Source: an uncultured Ignavibacteria bacterium (GTDB lineage Bacteria; Bacteroidota; Ignavibacteria; Tepidaquicellales; Tepidaquicellaceae). From it: 64,000 bases of DNA. Below are positions 31,311 to 41,580 of this stretch, in pieces; positions within the stretch are counted from its first letter, which is position 1; each line of letters opens with the position of its first letter. The position numbers were made by a program, and so were the translations under genes. The notes under the pieces are model-generated. The model did no database searches, was not told where the DNA came from, and saw only the letters and a program-made list of their open reading frames with translations. Where the stretch lies: NCBI GenBank assembly GCA_937924675.1, contig CALEVL010000173.1, positions 284-64,283 of the forward strand, read 5' to 3'.

Positions 31311-31321
31311 AATCTATTCGT

Positions 31322-31783
31322 ATGAACAACGATCAGATAAAGGAAAGAATTCTTCAATGGTTTCCTGAAGCTGAAATTCCTGCAGAAACCGGACAGTATC
31401 TAAATGTAATTGTTACACCGGAAATGCTGCATCCGCTTGCCGAAAAGCTCCGATACTCCGCAGATACAAAATTCGATTATTTATTTTGTTTGACAGGTGT
31501 TGACTGGGTCACTCATCTGATGGTAGTGTATCATCTCGATTCAACAAAATTTGGTCATGAAATGGTTTTGAAAGTGAAGATACCTGACAGAGTGGATCCA
31601 GTTGTTGATACAGTTTGTGATATCTGGAAGACGGCAGAGTTTCATGAGAGGGAAGTTTATGATTTGTTTGGAGTCAAGTTCAGAAATCATCCGGATCTGA
31701 GGAGGATACTGCTTGAGGATGACTGGGAAGGATATCCTATGAGAAAAGATTACAAGGACGAAGCAAATATTGTTGAGCTATGA
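31322..31783 (+). CDS. nuoC: NADH-quinone oxidoreductase subunit C (30-kDa subunit)
   Basis: 153 aa with motif EREVYDLFGVKFRNHPDLRRIL. Confidence 0.92.
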   Translation: MNNDQIKERILQWFPEAEIPAETGQYLNVIVTPEMLHPLAEKLRYSADTKFDYLFCLTGVDWVTHLMVVYHLDSTKFGHEMVLKVKIPDRVDPVVDTVCDIWKTAEFHEREVYDLFGVKFRNHPDLRRILLEDDWEGYPMRKDYKDEANIVEL

Positions 31784-32901
31784 TCACAGACAAGACAGTA
31801 CTCGGAAGTGAAACGCAGGAATATTTCATAAACATGGGTCCTCAGCATCCGTCAACTCACGGTGTGCTGAGATTATTGCTTACTCTTGACGGCGAAATAA
31901 TCCGAAAGGTTGAACCGCACATGGGTTACATCCACCGCTCAATAGAGAAAATGTGCGAGAAAGATTCTTATCAGCAAATTGTTCATCTTACTGACAGGAT
32001 GGATTATTTGTCTTGCCACATAAATAATGAAGCTGTTTGCCTGACAGTAGAGCAAGGACTGCAGCTCGAAATTCCTGAAAGAGTAAAAGTCATTCGTACC
32101 ATAATCTCCGAGCTTACCCGTCTTTCTTCTCACCAGCTTTGGTGGGGTGTTATGGGTATGGATCTCGGAGCAATTACAACTTTTCTGTACGGATTCAGGG
32201 ACAGGGAAATGATCACAGACATATTTGAAGAGACATGCGGTGCAAGGCTGACCATGAATTATAATGTTCCCGGTGGATTGATGTTTGATATTCATCCTAA
32301 CTTTCAGAAAAGGACAAAAGATTTCATTTCATATTTTAAGACAAAACTTCCGGAGTACAAAGAACTTCTCACGGGAAATGTGATCTTTGAGGAAAGAACT
32401 AAAGGAATCGGCTACATTTCTAAAGAGGATGTGATTTCTTACGGAGTTACCGGACCTTCAGGAAGAGGTTCCGGATTTTCCTGTGACATCAGAAAGCATC
32501 ATCCATACAGCGCATACGACAGAGTTCAATTCAAAGAAATTCTTTACGAAGATGGAGATTCTTATGCTAGATATATGGTACGCATGGATGAGATGGTGGA
32601 ATCGATGCACATAATTGAACAGCTGATTGACAATATTCCCGAAGGTGATTATAAGGCAAAGACAAAAGCAGTTATTAAACTTCCTGCAGGGGAATATTAC
32701 AAACGGGTAGAAACTGCACGCGGTGAACTTGGAGTTTATATAATAAGTGATAACAAGAAGAGCCCATACAGGGTTAAATTCCGTTCGCCTGGATTTTCGA
32801 ACTTGTCCGCTCTTGATACAATGGCAAGGGGCTGCAAGATAGCCGACCTTGTTGCAATGATGTCAACACTTGATTTGGTAATTCCTGATATTGACAGATA
32901 A
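31780..32901 (+). CDS. nuoD: NADH-quinone oxidoreductase subunit D (49-kDa subunit)
   Basis: [15 protein letters not shown] motif. C-terminal [12 protein letters not shown] overlap with nuoC. Confidence 0.96.
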   Translation: MITDKTVLGSETQEYFINMGPQHPSTHGVLRLLLTLDGEIIRKVEPHMGYIHRSIEKMCEKDSYQQIVHLTDRMDYLSCHINNEAVCLTVEQGLQLEIPERVKVIRTIISELTRLSSHQLWWGVMGMDLGAITTFLYGFRDREMITDIFEETCGARLTMNYNVPGGLMFDIHPNFQKRTKDFISYFKTKLPEYKELLTGNVIFEERTKGIGYISKEDVISYGVTGPSGRGSGFSCDIRKHHPYSAYDRVQFKEILYEDGDSYARYMVRMDEMVESMHIIEQLIDNIPEGDYKAKTKAVIKLPAGEYYKRVETARGELGVYIISDNKKSPYRVKFRSPGFSNLSALDTMARGCKIADLVAMMSTLDLVIPDIDR

Positions 32902-32905
32902 AACG

Positions 32906-34003
32906 ATGACACTACTAAATTTTAGCATTTACGATTTTTCCGCTCTGATAAATTCAATTGATGCTTGGCTGGTTGAGACATTCTCTCCAACATTGGGGCA
33001 CTTGATCGGGTTGGTGCTTGTAGGAACCTGCTTCCTTATCTTCACTGCATTGCTAGGACTCTCACTCGTTTATATTGAAAGAAAGATCTGTGCATTCTTT
33101 CAGCAGAGACTTGGTCCCATGAGAGTCGGATTCTGGGGAACGGCACAGACAGTTGCCGACATTATAAAGCTTCTTTTTAAGGAATCCCTTATCACCAAAA
33201 AATCCGACAAATTTCTTTTCAACCTCGCTGCATTTGTGATCATGATGGCGCCATTCATAGTTCTTTCGGCAATACCTTTTGCCAAAGGGCTTCAGGCACT
33301 CGATCTTAATATCGGTTTGTTCTTTATAATTTCCGTTTCATCAATTGGTGTAACGGGAATTTTACTTGCGGGCTGGTCAAGCAACAATAAGTATTCTTTG
33401 ATCGGTGCAATGAGAAGCGGCGCACAGATAGTTAGTTATGAATTGTCTGTCGCAATTTCGTTGATGACAATTGTCATACTGACCGGAAGTCTTCAGCTAT
33501 CCGAGATTATTGCAAGCCAAAGCGACGGCTGGTGGATTTTCAAAGGCAATATTCCTGCAATAATTGCATTTGGGGTTTACATTATTGCAAGTACGGCAGA
33601 GACGAACAGAGGGCCGTTCGATATGGCAGAAGCAGAATCTGAAATTACAGCCGGCTTTCACACTGAATATTCAGGAATTAAATTTGCGTTCTTCTTCCTT
33701 GCCGAGTATGTAAACTTCTTCATCATTTCAGCAGTAGGCGCAACTGTTTTCTTCGGAGGATGGATGCCACTGCATATTGGTGATGCTACTTTCTTCAACA
33801 GCGCAATGGATGTAATACCTCCTATTGTGTGGTTCTTCGGAAAGATTGCCGTTATAATGTTCTTTATAATGTGGTTCAAGTGGACATTCCCGAGATTAAG
33901 GATAGATCAGCTGCTCACTCTGGAGTGGAAATATCTTCTGCCTATAAGTATCATCAATCTTCTGCTGATGTCTATAGTTGCGCTGAAAGGATGGCACTTC
34001 TGA
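32906..34003 (+). CDS. nuoH: NADH-quinone oxidoreductase subunit H
   Basis: Polytopic membrane protein with [14 protein letters not shown] and [15 protein letters not shown] motifs. The ATG at 32906 is preferred over the TTG at 32891 given by the ORF track. Confidence 0.95.
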   Translation: MTLLNFSIYDFSALINSIDAWLVETFSPTLGHLIGLVLVGTCFLIFTALLGLSLVYIERKICAFFQQRLGPMRVGFWGTAQTVADIIKLLFKESLITKKSDKFLFNLAAFVIMMAPFIVLSAIPFAKGLQALDLNIGLFFIISVSSIGVTGILLAGWSSNNKYSLIGAMRSGAQIVSYELSVAISLMTIVILTGSLQLSEIIASQSDGWWIFKGNIPAIIAFGVYIIASTAETNRGPFDMAEAESEITAGFHTEYSGIKFAFFFLAEYVNFFIISAVGATVFFGGWMPLHIGDATFFNSAMDVIPPIVWFFGKIAVIMFFIMWFKWTFPRLRIDQLLTLEWKYLLPISIINLLLMSIVALKGWHF

Positions 34004-34004
34004 G

Positions 34005-34499
34005 ATGAGATTAGTAAAGAACATAAAGCAATATTTTGGTGAGATCTTCCACGCCATTAGGTCATTGATTACAGGCATGAAAGTAACAGGCTATTACTTT
34101 TTCCATCCGAAGGAAATTGTAACACAGCAGTATCCGGAGAATCGGGAAACTCTGAAGATGTTCGACAGATTCAGAGGTGAAGTGATACTGATTCATGACG
34201 AGAACAATTTACATCGCTGCACCGGTTGTTCTGCCTGCGAAATTGCCTGTCCCAATGGAACAATTGAGATAATAAACAAGAAGGATGTCGATCCTGAAAC
34301 AGGAAAATCGACCAAAGCTATTGATAAGTTTGTATATCACCTCTCTATGTGTACATTCTGCAACCTGTGCATTATAGCTTGTCCGACAGATGCCATAAAG
34401 ATGGCACAGACATTTGAGCACGCGGTTTTTGACAGATCTAAACTAACGAAAGTATTGAATAATCCGGGATCAAAATTAATGCCCGGGATCAGAGAATGA
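34005..34499 (+). CDS. nuoI: NADH-quinone oxidoreductase subunit I (2x[4Fe-4S])
   Basis: Two ferredoxin motifs, CTGCSACEIACP and CTFCNLCIIACP. Confidence 0.95.
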   Translation: MRLVKNIKQYFGEIFHAIRSLITGMKVTGYYFFHPKEIVTQQYPENRETLKMFDRFRGEVILIHDENNLHRCTGCSACEIACPNGTIEIINKKDVDPETGKSTKAIDKFVYHLSMCTFCNLCIIACPTDAIKMAQTFEHAVFDRSKLTKVLNNPGSKLMPGIRE

Positions 34500-34503
34500 T
34501 GAA

Positions 34504-35007
34504 ATGGAAGTAGTACTGTTTTACATATTGGCCGGCATGATCCTGATCTTCTCAGTGCTGACGGTAACAAGCAGGAGAATTCTAAGAGCTGCTGTGTATT
34601 TGCTCTTTGTATTGATTGCAGCAGCAGGACTTTTCTTTGTGCTTCAGTTTGAATTTCTTGCGGCTGTACAGCTTACGCTTTATGCCGGGGGAATTATTGT
34701 CCTTATAATTTTTTCCATAATGCTTACCAGCCATGTAAGCGAAAAGCTTGAGGCACCGGGTATTAAGAAAACTGCATTTGCACTCATTGCATGTGCGGCT
34801 GGAGCAATTGTAACTATCAGCACAATACTGAATTATGACTTCCCCGCTTATTCCGGCGGTAATGTTGATGCAAGCATGAAAGCTATTGGAACAAGCCTGC
34901 TGGGATATAAAGAAAACGGATTCGCATTGCCGTTTGAAGTTATCAGCTTACTGTTGCTTGCAGCGATGCTTGGGGCAATAATAATTGCGAAGAGAAAAGA
35001 AAATTGA
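34504..35007 (+). CDS. nuoJ: NADH-quinone oxidoreductase subunit J
   Basis: 167-aa hydrophobic protein in the I-J-K position. Confidence 0.9.
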   Translation: MEVVLFYILAGMILIFSVLTVTSRRILRAAVYLLFVLIAAAGLFFVLQFEFLAAVQLTLYAGGIIVLIIFSIMLTSHVSEKLEAPGIKKTAFALIACAAGAIVTISTILNYDFPAYSGGNVDASMKAIGTSLLGYKENGFALPFEVISLLLLAAMLGAIIIAKRKEN

Positions 35008-35016
35008 CAGAATGTT

Positions 35017-35334
35017 ATGATTGATAAGATTGGAATTGAACAATTCATGATACTGAGTACACTGATGTTCTTCATTGGTGTCTACGGATTTCTTGTCAGA
35101 AAAAATCTGATCACAATGCTGATGTCAGTTGAACTAATACTCAATGCGGTGAACATAAATTTTGTTGCATTCAATAAATTCTATTACCCGCAAAATCTGC
35201 AAGGGCACTTCTTTGCGATGTTTGTAATAGCCATAGCTGCAACTGAAGTGGCGGTCGCAATTGCAATAATCATAAGTCTTTACAGAAAGATCAGAACCAT
35301 TGATGTTGAAGAAGTTGATGAAATGAAATATTAA
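35017..35334 (+). CDS. nuoK: NADH-quinone oxidoreductase subunit K
   Basis: 105 aa with three TM segments and conserved membrane Glu residues (SVELILNA, ATEVAV). Confidence 0.92.
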   Translation: MIDKIGIEQFMILSTLMFFIGVYGFLVRKNLITMLMSVELILNAVNINFVAFNKFYYPQNLQGHFFAMFVIAIAATEVAVAIAIIISLYRKIRTIDVEEVDEMKY

Positions 35335-35340
35335 TGAATC

Positions 35341-37269
35341 ATGATTACTGAATCTTATTCATATACTGTTGCCATTCCGCTGGTACTCTTCTTTTCATTC
35401 CTGCTTATAGGACTTGCAGGAGGAAAGTTGAAGCCTATTGTTTCAGGTGTTTTCGGAACATTTTTTTTGCTGGTATCAACGGTTCTTTCTTACTATACGG
35501 CTTACAGTTATTTTTTTGTTGACGGAAAACTAAACGGGGCATATCAGAAGCTTATCGCCTACGATTCGCTCTGGCTCACATTCACTGACAAGCTTCAGAT
35601 TCACATGGGTGTATTGCTCGATCCTATTTCCGTAGTGATGCTTGTTGTGATTACAACTGTGTCTCTGATGGTTCACATTTATAGTCTGAGTTACATGAAA
35701 GACGAAACAGGTTTCTCACGATATTATTCGTTCCTGTCTTTGTTTACATTTTCAATGCTTGGACTGGTAATGGCTTCAAATATTTTTCAGATTTATATTT
35801 TCTGGGAGCTTGTAGGACTCTCATCATATCTCCTTATTGGACATTACTATGAAAGACCTTCAGCAGTGGCCGCTTCCAAGAAGGCGTTCATTGTTACAAG
35901 ATTTGCTGACATGGGTTTTCTTGTCGGAATACTTCTACTGTCGAGCTTTACCGGCACGTTTGATTTTCTCAAACTGACTGATCCGAACGGTTCGGCGCTA
36001 ACTCAGGGTTCAGCAATCAGTTTTCTTGGATTGTCAGTGATGACATGGAGTCTTCTGCTGATCTTCACGGGTGCGGCGGGAAAGTCTGCAATGTTTCCGC
36101 TTCACATCTGGCTTCCTGATGCAATGGAAGGTCCTACACCGGTCTCTGCACTTATTCATGCTGCAACTATGGTTGTTGCAGGAGTCTATCTTGTAGCAAG
36201 ACTTTTTACTATCTACGTCTTTGCCGCGCCGGATGCTTTGATCTTTATTGGTTATATCGGAACGTTCACTTCGTTGTTTGCTGCAGTAATTGCTTGCACG
36301 CAGACGGACATAAAAAGAGTCTTGGCCTTCTCCACAATTTCTCAGATAGGATTGATGATGGGAGGTTTGGGCGTTTCCGGATATGCTGGTGCTGAAGGAC
36401 TTGGTTACACTGCATCTATGTTTCACTTGTTTACTCATGCAATGTTCAAGGCGTTGTTGTTCCTTTGTGCGGGAGCTGTAATACATGCAGTTCATACCAA
36501 TGAGCTTTGGGAAATGGGCGGGTTGAAAAAATTTCTGCCGGTAACAAATATTGCATTCCTCATCGGCTGTCTTGCAATTGCAGGCATTCCGCCACTTTCA
36601 GGATTTTTCAGCAAAGATGAAATTCTTACTGCAGCTTATGAAAAAGACAAGATACTATTCTATGTGCAATTCCTTGTTGCCGGCATGACTGCCTTTTATA
36701 TGTTCCGTCTTTATTTCGGAATATTCTGGAATAAGGAAAGAGATTATCACAGCAAGCCGCATGAGGCGCCTTTCACAATGCTGTTTTCTTTGATCTTCCT
36801 TTCAATTGCAGCGGCAGTATCCGGATTTATTCCATTCAGCGAATTTGTAACTCCTGATCTGAAGCCGTTTGAATCTCACATACATTGGTCGATTGCCATA
36901 CCTGCAATTGCTATTGCTGTTATTGGGGTAACGTTAGCTTCGGTGTTGTACAGAAAGGATTCTGACTTGCCCGACAAAATAAGTATTTCTCTCGGTGGTC
37001 TCTACAAAGCAGCACACAGAAAATTTTACATTGACGAGATCTACATGTTCATAACCAAGAATGTGATCTTCAATTACATCTCTGCTCCGATTGCTTGGTT
37101 TGACAGAAACATAATTGACAATACTATGAACGGCATTGCAGCAATTACTAATTTCATTTCAGTGAAGATTAGAGGTTTTCAGTCAGGACAACTTCAGCAA
37201 TATGCATATGTAATGGTTTCAGGGCTCATCATAATTGTTCTTGTTGCATTGTATTTTATGAATAACTAA
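35341..37269 (+). CDS. nuoL: NADH-quinone oxidoreductase subunit L
   Basis: 642-aa antiporter-like subunit (FWELVGLSSYLLIG, LHIWLPDAMEGPTPVSALIHAATMV). Confidence 0.95.
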   Translation: MITESYSYTVAIPLVLFFSFLLIGLAGGKLKPIVSGVFGTFFLLVSTVLSYYTAYSYFFVDGKLNGAYQKLIAYDSLWLTFTDKLQIHMGVLLDPISVVMLVVITTVSLMVHIYSLSYMKDETGFSRYYSFLSLFTFSMLGLVMASNIFQIYIFWELVGLSSYLLIGHYYERPSAVAASKKAFIVTRFADMGFLVGILLLSSFTGTFDFLKLTDPNGSALTQGSAISFLGLSVMTWSLLLIFTGAAGKSAMFPLHIWLPDAMEGPTPVSALIHAATMVVAGVYLVARLFTIYVFAAPDALIFIGYIGTFTSLFAAVIACTQTDIKRVLAFSTISQIGLMMGGLGVSGYAGAEGLGYTASMFHLFTHAMFKALLFLCAGAVIHAVHTNELWEMGGLKKFLPVTNIAFLIGCLAIAGIPPLSGFFSKDEILTAAYEKDKILFYVQFLVAGMTAFYMFRLYFGIFWNKERDYHSKPHEAPFTMLFSLIFLSIAAAVSGFIPFSEFVTPDLKPFESHIHWSIAIPAIAIAVIGVTLASVLYRKDSDLPDKISISLGGLYKAAHRKFYIDEIYMFITKNVIFNYISAPIAWFDRNIIDNTMNGIAAITNFISVKIRGFQSGQLQQYAYVMVSGLIIIVLVALYFMNN

Positions 37270-37283
37270 ACGCGGAGAATGAG

Positions 37284-38774
37284 ATGAATAGTTTACTCTG
37301 GCTACTTGCAATTCCTTTGGTCACTGTCTTCGTATTGATGTTTTGCAATGACAGGAGACAGTACCGGCTCTCTGCCGCTTTTGGCATGGGATTGCAGTTG
37401 ATATATTCCTTCTATCTGGTATTCAGATATACTGCAGAGAGGAGTTCCGGGAATACAGAACAAATGGTATTCATGCACGAGTACAGATGGTTTGAATCAT
37501 TCAACATAATTTTCACAACCGGCATTGATGCTATATCATTGTCCCTGATTGTTCTGACAGCTATAGTGACTTTCACAGGAATTCTGGTTTCCTGGAATAC
37601 GGAAAAACTTCCGAAAGAATTTTTCATCTCGCTCATTGTTCTTGCAACAGGAGTGTTTGGATTTTTCATGACAATTGATCTGTTCACAATGTTCCTGTTT
37701 TATGAACTGGCAGTGATACCGATGTACATTCTCATCGGAATATGGGGAAGCGGCAAGAAGGAATATGCGGCAATGAAGCTTACGCTTATGTTGATGGGAG
37801 CTTCTGCATTATTGCTTGTCGGCATTCTTGGGCTATATACATTTTCTTCGCCTGATGCCAATCTTCTGAGCTTCAACATTCTAGATATAGCTAATGCAAA
37901 TATTCCGGTTGATACGCAAAGATTCTTCTTCCCTATGGTCTTCATCGGGTTCGGAGTATTGGGGGCGTTGTTCCCTTTGCATACATGGTCACCTGACGGA
38001 CACTCATCGGCGCCGACTGCCGTATCAATGCTTCACGCAGGTGTGCTTATGAAGATGGGAGGCTATGGCTGTCTGAGAGTGGCAATGTATCTTCTTCCGG
38101 AAGCTGCAAAAGAGCTTGCATGGATATTCATAATACTGACAACGATCAGCATAGTTTACGGAGCATTCGGAGCAATAGCTCAGAAAGATTTGAAGTATAT
38201 CAATGCTTATTCTTCAGTCAGTCACTGCGGACTGGTTCTGTTTGCAATACTCATGATGAATCAGACAGCATTGAACGGCTCAGTGTTGCAAATGATTTCC
38301 CACGGATTGATGACGGCTCTTTTCTTCGCGCTTATCGGAATGATTTATGAGAGGACTCATACGCGTGACATAAGATTGATGGGCGGCCTTATGAAGATAA
38401 TGCCGTTCCTCGGTGTATGTTATATGATTGCGGGATTTGCATCTCTAGGACTGCCGGGACTTAGCGGCTTTGTTGCAGAGATCAATGTATTTGTTGGTGC
38501 CTTCATGCATCCTGACAGTTTTCACAGAGTGGCGACCGTGATTGCGGTTTCGTCGATTGTTATTACGGCTGTTTATATATTAAGAGTTGTAGGCAAATTG
38601 CTTCTTGGTCCGCTTGATGAAGAACATGCTTATGAAACAGGCGATGCGAGATGGAATGAAAGATGGGCAAATGTAATTTTGATAGTATCAATTGCCGCTA
38701 TCGGAATCGCACCGTTCTGGTTATCTGACGCACTCATAAAAAGCCTGCAACCAATTATTCAGAAACTCCAATGA
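37284..38774 (+). CDS. nuoM: NADH-quinone oxidoreductase subunit M
   Basis: 496-aa antiporter-like subunit (FYELAVIPMY, LHTWSPDGHSSAPTAVSMLHAGVLMK). Confidence 0.95.
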   Translation: MNSLLWLLAIPLVTVFVLMFCNDRRQYRLSAAFGMGLQLIYSFYLVFRYTAERSSGNTEQMVFMHEYRWFESFNIIFTTGIDAISLSLIVLTAIVTFTGILVSWNTEKLPKEFFISLIVLATGVFGFFMTIDLFTMFLFYELAVIPMYILIGIWGSGKKEYAAMKLTLMLMGASALLLVGILGLYTFSSPDANLLSFNILDIANANIPVDTQRFFFPMVFIGFGVLGALFPLHTWSPDGHSSAPTAVSMLHAGVLMKMGGYGCLRVAMYLLPEAAKELAWIFIILTTISIVYGAFGAIAQKDLKYINAYSSVSHCGLVLFAILMMNQTALNGSVLQMISHGLMTALFFALIGMIYERTHTRDIRLMGGLMKIMPFLGVCYMIAGFASLGLPGLSGFVAEINVFVGAFMHPDSFHRVATVIAVSSIVITAVYILRVVGKLLLGPLDEEHAYETGDARWNERWANVILIVSIAAIGIAPFWLSDALIKSLQPIIQKLQ

Positions 38775-38783
38775 TGATATCGT

Positions 38784-40211
38784 ATGACTATTGACCAAAT
38801 ATTACTGATGAGACATGAACTGATGCTTGTAGCAGTCGGTGTCATAGTTCTGATCATGGATCTGATGACATCTGCTGAGACTAAGCACAGGATCATCCCG
38901 GTTGCAATTGTACTATTCTTAGTAAATACGATAATCGGATTTCTTCCAATAGAAACAGGAAAGATTTTCGGAGGGATGTACAATACTGATGACATTACCA
39001 TCTTGATGAAGAATGCCATGAACATTGGCGTGTTTATTATTTTTCTTCAATCAGCAGAATGGCTGAGAAGGCATGAAGACAGGTTCAACAGCCACGGTGC
39101 TTACTTCTTCATTATAGTGGCTTCACTAGCCGGAATGGACTATCTGATTTCATCCGGTGACTTCCTTATGTTCTTCATCGGTACGGAGCTTGCAACTATT
39201 CCGATTGCTGCGTTAGTTGCGATTGAAAAAGCGAGAAGTAAATCCGCCGAAGCCGGTGTCAAGCTCATTCTCTCGGCAGCTCTTTCTTCAGGCATAACTC
39301 TCTTTGGTATTTCTCTAATTTACGGAACAACCGGTTCAATCTATTTTGCTGAGGTCAGCAAAGCATTTGGCAACAACAGTCTGCAGATACTTGCTTTCAT
39401 TTTCATCTTCGCCGGTGTTGCATTCAAAATTTCCATAGTGCCGTTCCATTTGTGGACAGCAGATGTTTACGAAGGTGCACCAATAAGTATTACCTCGTAT
39501 CTTTCAGTAATATCAAAAGCATCTGCAATCTTCATACTTGTAATTCTTCTTTACAAAGTATTTTATGCAATACCGGATATCCGAAATAATATCCTTTATG
39601 CTACATCAGTTCTTACAATGACAATTGGCAATTTGTTTGCGATCAGGCAGCAGAATATGAAGAGATTTCTTGCATTCTCTTCAATAGCTCAGGCAGGTTT
39701 TGTGTTTCTTGGTATCATTGGCGGTACTCAAATAGGATTCGCAGCGGTAGTTTATTTCCTGCTTATCTATGTCTTTTCTAATCTTGGAGCATTCGGAGTA
39801 GTAGCCGCAATTTCCTGTGCAACCGGAAAGGAAAATATGGATGACTATAACGGTCTGTATAAAAACAATCCAAAGATGAGCCTTGTAATGATGTTATCAC
39901 TTTTTTCGCTGGCAGGAATTCCGCCTGTTGCAGGATTCTTCGGAAAGTTCTTTCTGTTCACTTCTGCTGCAAAAGAAGGATACTTCATACTTGTATTGAT
40001 TGCAGTTGTGAATGTAACCATTTCACTTTATTATTACTTGCTTGTCATAAAAGCAATGTTCATAAATGAGCAGGAAAACCCGATTGAAAGAATTGACAAT
40101 GACATATATACAAAACTTGGTCTCGCGATTTGCGCAGCGGGTATTCTTGCCATCGGATTCTTCGGTTCAATATTTGATTTCATTAACAGCAAAACATTCG
40201 GAGCAATGTGA
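38784..40211 (+). CDS. nuoN: NADH-quinone oxidoreductase subunit N
   Basis: 475-aa antiporter-like subunit (PFHLWTADVYEGAPISITSYLSV). Last canonical nuo gene. Confidence 0.94.
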   Translation: MTIDQILLMRHELMLVAVGVIVLIMDLMTSAETKHRIIPVAIVLFLVNTIIGFLPIETGKIFGGMYNTDDITILMKNAMNIGVFIIFLQSAEWLRRHEDRFNSHGAYFFIIVASLAGMDYLISSGDFLMFFIGTELATIPIAALVAIEKARSKSAEAGVKLILSAALSSGITLFGISLIYGTTGSIYFAEVSKAFGNNSLQILAFIFIFAGVAFKISIVPFHLWTADVYEGAPISITSYLSVISKASAIFILVILLYKVFYAIPDIRNNILYATSVLTMTIGNLFAIRQQNMKRFLAFSSIAQAGFVFLGIIGGTQIGFAAVVYFLLIYVFSNLGAFGVVAAISCATGKENMDDYNGLYKNNPKMSLVMMLSLFSLAGIPPVAGFFGKFFLFTSAAKEGYFILVLIAVVNVTISLYYYLLVIKAMFINEQENPIERIDNDIYTKLGLAICAAGILAIGFFGSIFDFINSKTFGAM

Positions 40212-40552
40212 TAGAGATGGCACTTACCAGCGGAAAACATATTGAGAAAGAAGTTGAAGGAGTTCGATGCCGGATCGTTGAATCTGGTATCACTGAAGAC
40301 AGAATGAATTTTCTTAAGAAACTTCTTGAGCACAATGGATATGAAGCTAAAGCAGAGAAAGATGTGAAGAAGGATGAAACACTTCCGGATACTTACACAA
40401 TTGGTGTCACAGAGATTATCTTCAATCCGGTGATTGCAGTCTATGAAAGAAAGCTGAGAACTCATGACGGAAAGATCGTCACTCCGCAGTACTGGCGGCA
40501 GACCGGTGAGGATATGAAGAAGTGGTATTGGAAAGTACAGTACGAAGAGTAA
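40208..40552 (+). CDS. Hypothetical small soluble protein translationally coupled to nuoN
   Basis: 114 aa from the GTG at 40208 (GTGA overlap with the nuoN stop, GGAG 4 nt upstream), or 111 aa from the ATG at 40217. No TM segment and no recognisable motif. Confidence 0.55.
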   Translation: MIEMALTSGKHIEKEVEGVRCRIVESGITEDRMNFLKKLLEHNGYEAKAEKDVKKDETLPDTYTIGVTEIIFNPVIAVYERKLRTHDGKIVTPQYWRQTGEDMKKWYWKVQYEE

Positions 40553-40749
40553 ATCCCTTCTTTTAAAGATAGTTTTCTCACTTCAAAGATTTCTAAATCA
40601 GTTTCCCGGATTTTACCATTTACACTTTTTATGCAATTGATCATTTGATATTCTTTCAATCATAAAATTGTCTGCTCTATTTTTATTTGGTTAATCAATT
40701 CCATTTTATTTCGAGCAGCCAGAGAAGTATTTGTTGTACTTAAACACTT

Positions 40750-41337
40750 CTAGGTTTTATCAAATGAAACCTTTCCTTCCAGCCTTTCTTTGGTTCCAAT
40801 TCCATACTGCATAATACATTTGAGGGCATCTCTTTTGGTAATATCAAGCCTCTTTACATTTGATGGATCCATAATGTAAACATTTCCGCTTGAGATTGAT
40901 GGTGCACCCGGAACAAACACAACAAGCATTCCGTCTTTCATTTCTTCAACTATAAATGAGAATAACCAACCGTCGTCAATCAGGGTCAGGCATGGCTTAA
41001 GGTCATTTCCCTGCTCCCCGATTTTTTCCGAAAAAAGGTGTTTGAACAACATATAACCTGGAACCAGTGTCTCAATTTTTTTAACAAAGTGATTTCCGAA
41101 TCCGGATCTGATTGAGGCATACCCTGCAGCGATCACAATAAGTGTGAAGAGAACCACAATCGCCAAACCCGGATAACCAAATCCCAATACTGAACCCTGA
41201 GGCAGCAGTTGCAGAATGGGCTGAAGTGTTTCCTTCAGGAATGAAGACATAGTTGACAGCAAAAACACAAACAAAAGAGTTGGAATGATTGTATATAATC
41301 CCTGTACAAAAAGTGATTTGACAGTTATCTTCTCCAT
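40750..41337 (-). CDS. DUF502-like membrane protein
   Basis: 195 aa with two N-terminal TM helices then a soluble beta-rich domain. Overall resemblance to the DUF502 family, from memory only. Confidence 0.6.
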   Translation of the reverse strand: MEKITVKSLFVQGLYTIIPTLLFVFLLSTMSSFLKETLQPILQLLPQGSVLGFGYPGLAIVVLFTLIVIAAGYASIRSGFGNHFVKKIETLVPGYMLFKHLFSEKIGEQGNDLKPCLTLIDDGWLFSFIVEEMKDGMLVVFVPGAPSISSGNVYIMDPSNVKRLDITKRDALKCIMQYGIGTKERLEGKVSFDKT

Positions 41338-41580
41338 ATTTGCATATTGAATTAATTTGATGGGAAATTACTTCCGGGTAATTTAACAACTTACAGTTTA
41401 ATAAAATATGCCAGAGTTCACTTCGGGTAAGCTGTTCAACCGTCCTTTCGATTTTGACAAGAGAAGGGAAATCTTTTGAAGCAAAAAGTCATTGCGTACA
41501 TTTCTTACAGTCCCCGCGGTGACTAAGCCAAAGATCAATAGCTCCGGCATTTGATTTATTTGCATAGAAACCGGGATCAC

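Noticed and set aside
40553-40749. The strand-switch point at about 40.6 kb (and again at about 56.2 kb), considered as a possible genomic-island or mobile-element boundary.
   Set aside because: There are no integrase, transposase or tRNA genes and no direct-repeat flanks. The flanking genes are ordinary metabolic or envelope genes. Only a weak hairpin (40723-40751) overlaps the DUF502 stop.
41398-41580. A 60-aa minus-strand ORF in the META/DUF502 spacer. The overlapping ORF at 41081-41389 was considered too.
   Set aside because: It has no SD and no motif. The second ORF overlaps the DUF502-like CDS out of frame. The spacer more likely holds the DUF502 promoter and 5' UTR; a 7-bp palindrome, AAATTAC/GTAATTT, lies at 41365-41384.
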